IMG/VR virus record: IMGVR_UViG_3300023108_000002
Strand: one strand, 5' to 3'
Length of the DNA: 64,000 nucleotides
Source of the DNA: a virus
Lineage: Duplodnaviria > Caudoviricetes
Position 1 is the stretch's first letter, and each line of letters opens with the position of its first letter. Of this stretch, positions 62,513 through 64,000 are shown piece after piece. The notes under the pieces are model-generated. The model searched no databases. It had not been told where the DNA came from and saw only the letters and a list, made by a program, of their open reading frames with translations. Position numbers and translations under genes: made by a program.

Positions 62513-63999
62513 CTCATTTCATATAACCAAATTTTTCCAACCCCTGTTACAATAAATCTTGTTGTTCCAGGCAGTACGTGAATACCTGTGGCGAGATATC
62601 CAATGCCGGTATTTGTTATTGAAGATATTACCGAATCCCACGTATTGTTTGAATAATTATAATTCCTAAGATTAATACTATCGTGGTCGGTATAAAGAAG
62701 TGTCAATTTTTGGTTTGTACTATCGTGAGAAATACAGGTAGCTGTAGTACATTCAAGAAGTCCTGTGTCTACTAACCCACTATCTCCTGAGTTCGCACTA
62801 AATCCTGCTGATTTCGACCCACCATAAGTAGCAGCATCAATGTTTGCTGACATATCTCTATAAAAAAGTTTATATTTTTCTGATGTTGCACTACCCGAAT
62901 CCACTTCATTTGTAGTTACTATAAATGAATGAGGCCATTGGGAGTGTACTGATCTTGATAAATCCCAAGAATTCGCAAAATCCTGACTAGTTCCACTTAC
63001 TGTATTGAATTCACTCGTATAGGCGAAGTGTTGGTCTATTAAATTTCTGTCTAGAGAATTGAAAGTATCAGTCGAAGATTGTTGATCATAATTGTCTACA
63101 ACCCAGTGGCCAGTTCCGGCTGAAATATCCCAATCAAAAACTTCAATTTTGTGTCCTCTATATGTACCAGCGCTATGATGTTGATAAAATGACAGATAGT
63201 ATGAACGTAATATATCACTTCCGCCAACACTGAGTTGATGTTGTGCTAATAATTGTCCACGTTTAGTGCTATGTGTTGGATGAGTATTATGATTTCTATC
63301 CCCAGAAGGCAAATTCGGTTGTTGTTTTGGGTGGTTACTTGATACAAACTTAAAATAAGTATCTGAAGTCACAGCCGATGTGTAGTACGTAGCATCATTG
63401 ATGTATGATTCATTAAATTTTTTCATATAAAATTCTGTCGGCTGACCGCCACTATTGTAAGAGGTTCCTGGCACAACATTTAGATTGGACGAACGGGTTC
63501 CTGACTGATCTTTACCAACAAGTCCAATAACGTATTGAGAAGTATCCGGCGCCCCCATATATCTTGTAGTACCTTGGTCGGGTGACGCAAGTGAACCATA
63601 TGCAGTTGCGTGTGATTTATGACCTAAAGTTTCTGTACCACTCACCCAAATTATATGTTGGGGTGTACTATCGGGTGAAAACGAGGATCCGCTGTCTCCT
63701 ATCATCATTGCATGATAGCCATATGGTTTAGTACCACCACTATCTGTGACTTTACCTATACCTATTGTGCCATGTGTGTTAATTGACCAACCACCAGAGG
63801 CAGTTGGTGTATAATTACTGTTAGTTGGAGCTTCTGTGATTTGTGCAGCCCCCGTTACTGCCCCCCAATCAACCGTTGGATAGAATATTGAAGGTTCGCC
63901 TGCGCTTCTATTTGAGTAACCACTAGTAATTACACGAGCTCTTGCTTCCTCTATTCTAGTAGGATATGCCAACAATCCAGAAGTTCTCATTCCACCACC
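62509..63999 (-). CDS. Ser/Thr/Gly-rich probable virion structural protein (likely 5'-truncated)
   Basis: The frame stays open past the ATG at 63990 to the window edge (GGT GGT GGA ATG). Beta-rich composition and opposite orientation to the early genes. Confidence 0.55.
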   Translation of the reverse strand, partial: GGGMRTSGLLAYPTRIEEARARVITSGYSNRSAGEPSIFYPTVDWGAVTGAAQITEAPTNSNYTPTASGGWSINTHGTIGIGKVTDSGGTKPYGYHAMMIGDSGSSFSPDSTPQHIIWVSGTETLGHKSHATAYGSLASPDQGTTRYMGAPDTSQYVIGLVGKDQSGTRSSNLNVVPGTSYNSGGQPTEFYMKKFNESYINDATYYTSAVTSDTYFKFVSSNHPKQQPNLPSGDRNHNTHPTHSTKRGQLLAQHQLSVGGSDILRSYYLSFYQHHSAGTYRGHKIEVFDWDISAGTGHWVVDNYDQQSSTDTFNSLDRNLIDQHFAYTSEFNTVSGTSQDFANSWDLSRSVHSQWPHSFIVTTNEVDSGSATSEKYKLFYRDMSANIDAATYGGSKSAGFSANSGDSGLVDTGLLECTTATCISHDSTNQKLTLLYTDHDSINLRNYNYSNNTWDSVISSITNTGIGYLATGIHVLPGTTRFIVTGVGKIWLYEMS

Positions 64000-64000
64000 A

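Overview
This 64-kb window is the core of a T4-like (Kyanoviridae/pelagimyovirus-style) myovirus genome. It is AT-rich, almost entirely + strand and uses the standard genetic code. In order it holds a 5'-truncated LamG-repeat fibre gene, the neck/terminase/tail/head block (gp13-gp23, gp3), uvsY-uvsW, gp55-47-46 and an inserted accessory island. After that come gp45-44-62-regA-hsp20-gp43-uvsX-gp41, an ~11-kb late-promoter-driven block of probable capsid-internal proteins, a spanin/holin-like module, primase, class II RNR, RuvC, RNase H, an early hypervariable region and a convergent minus-strand structural gene. The most notable element is a four-gene early operon at 22.1-26.3 kb: a GIY-YIG/ParB-like gene, a glutaminase-less Asn-synthetase-like amide ligase, a C5-cytosine 'methyltransferase' whose motif-X Asn is replaced by Arg, and a CmoA carboxy-SAM synthase. 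Together these predict 5-carboxymethylcytosine DNA hypermodification. Other highlights are (1) candidate packaged ligase/kinase/nucleotidyltransferase/nuclease proteins and polyprotein-like ORFs with gp21-type cleavage sites, (2) a restriction-modification-like cassette bracketed by a 31-bp promoter repeat, (3) a palindromic divergent promoter that fires antisense into uvsW, (4) a ROSE-type RNA thermometer on hsp20, and (5) a tail sheath with a ~460-aa fibre-like insertion. All family assignments come from motif recognition by eye; no database searches were run.
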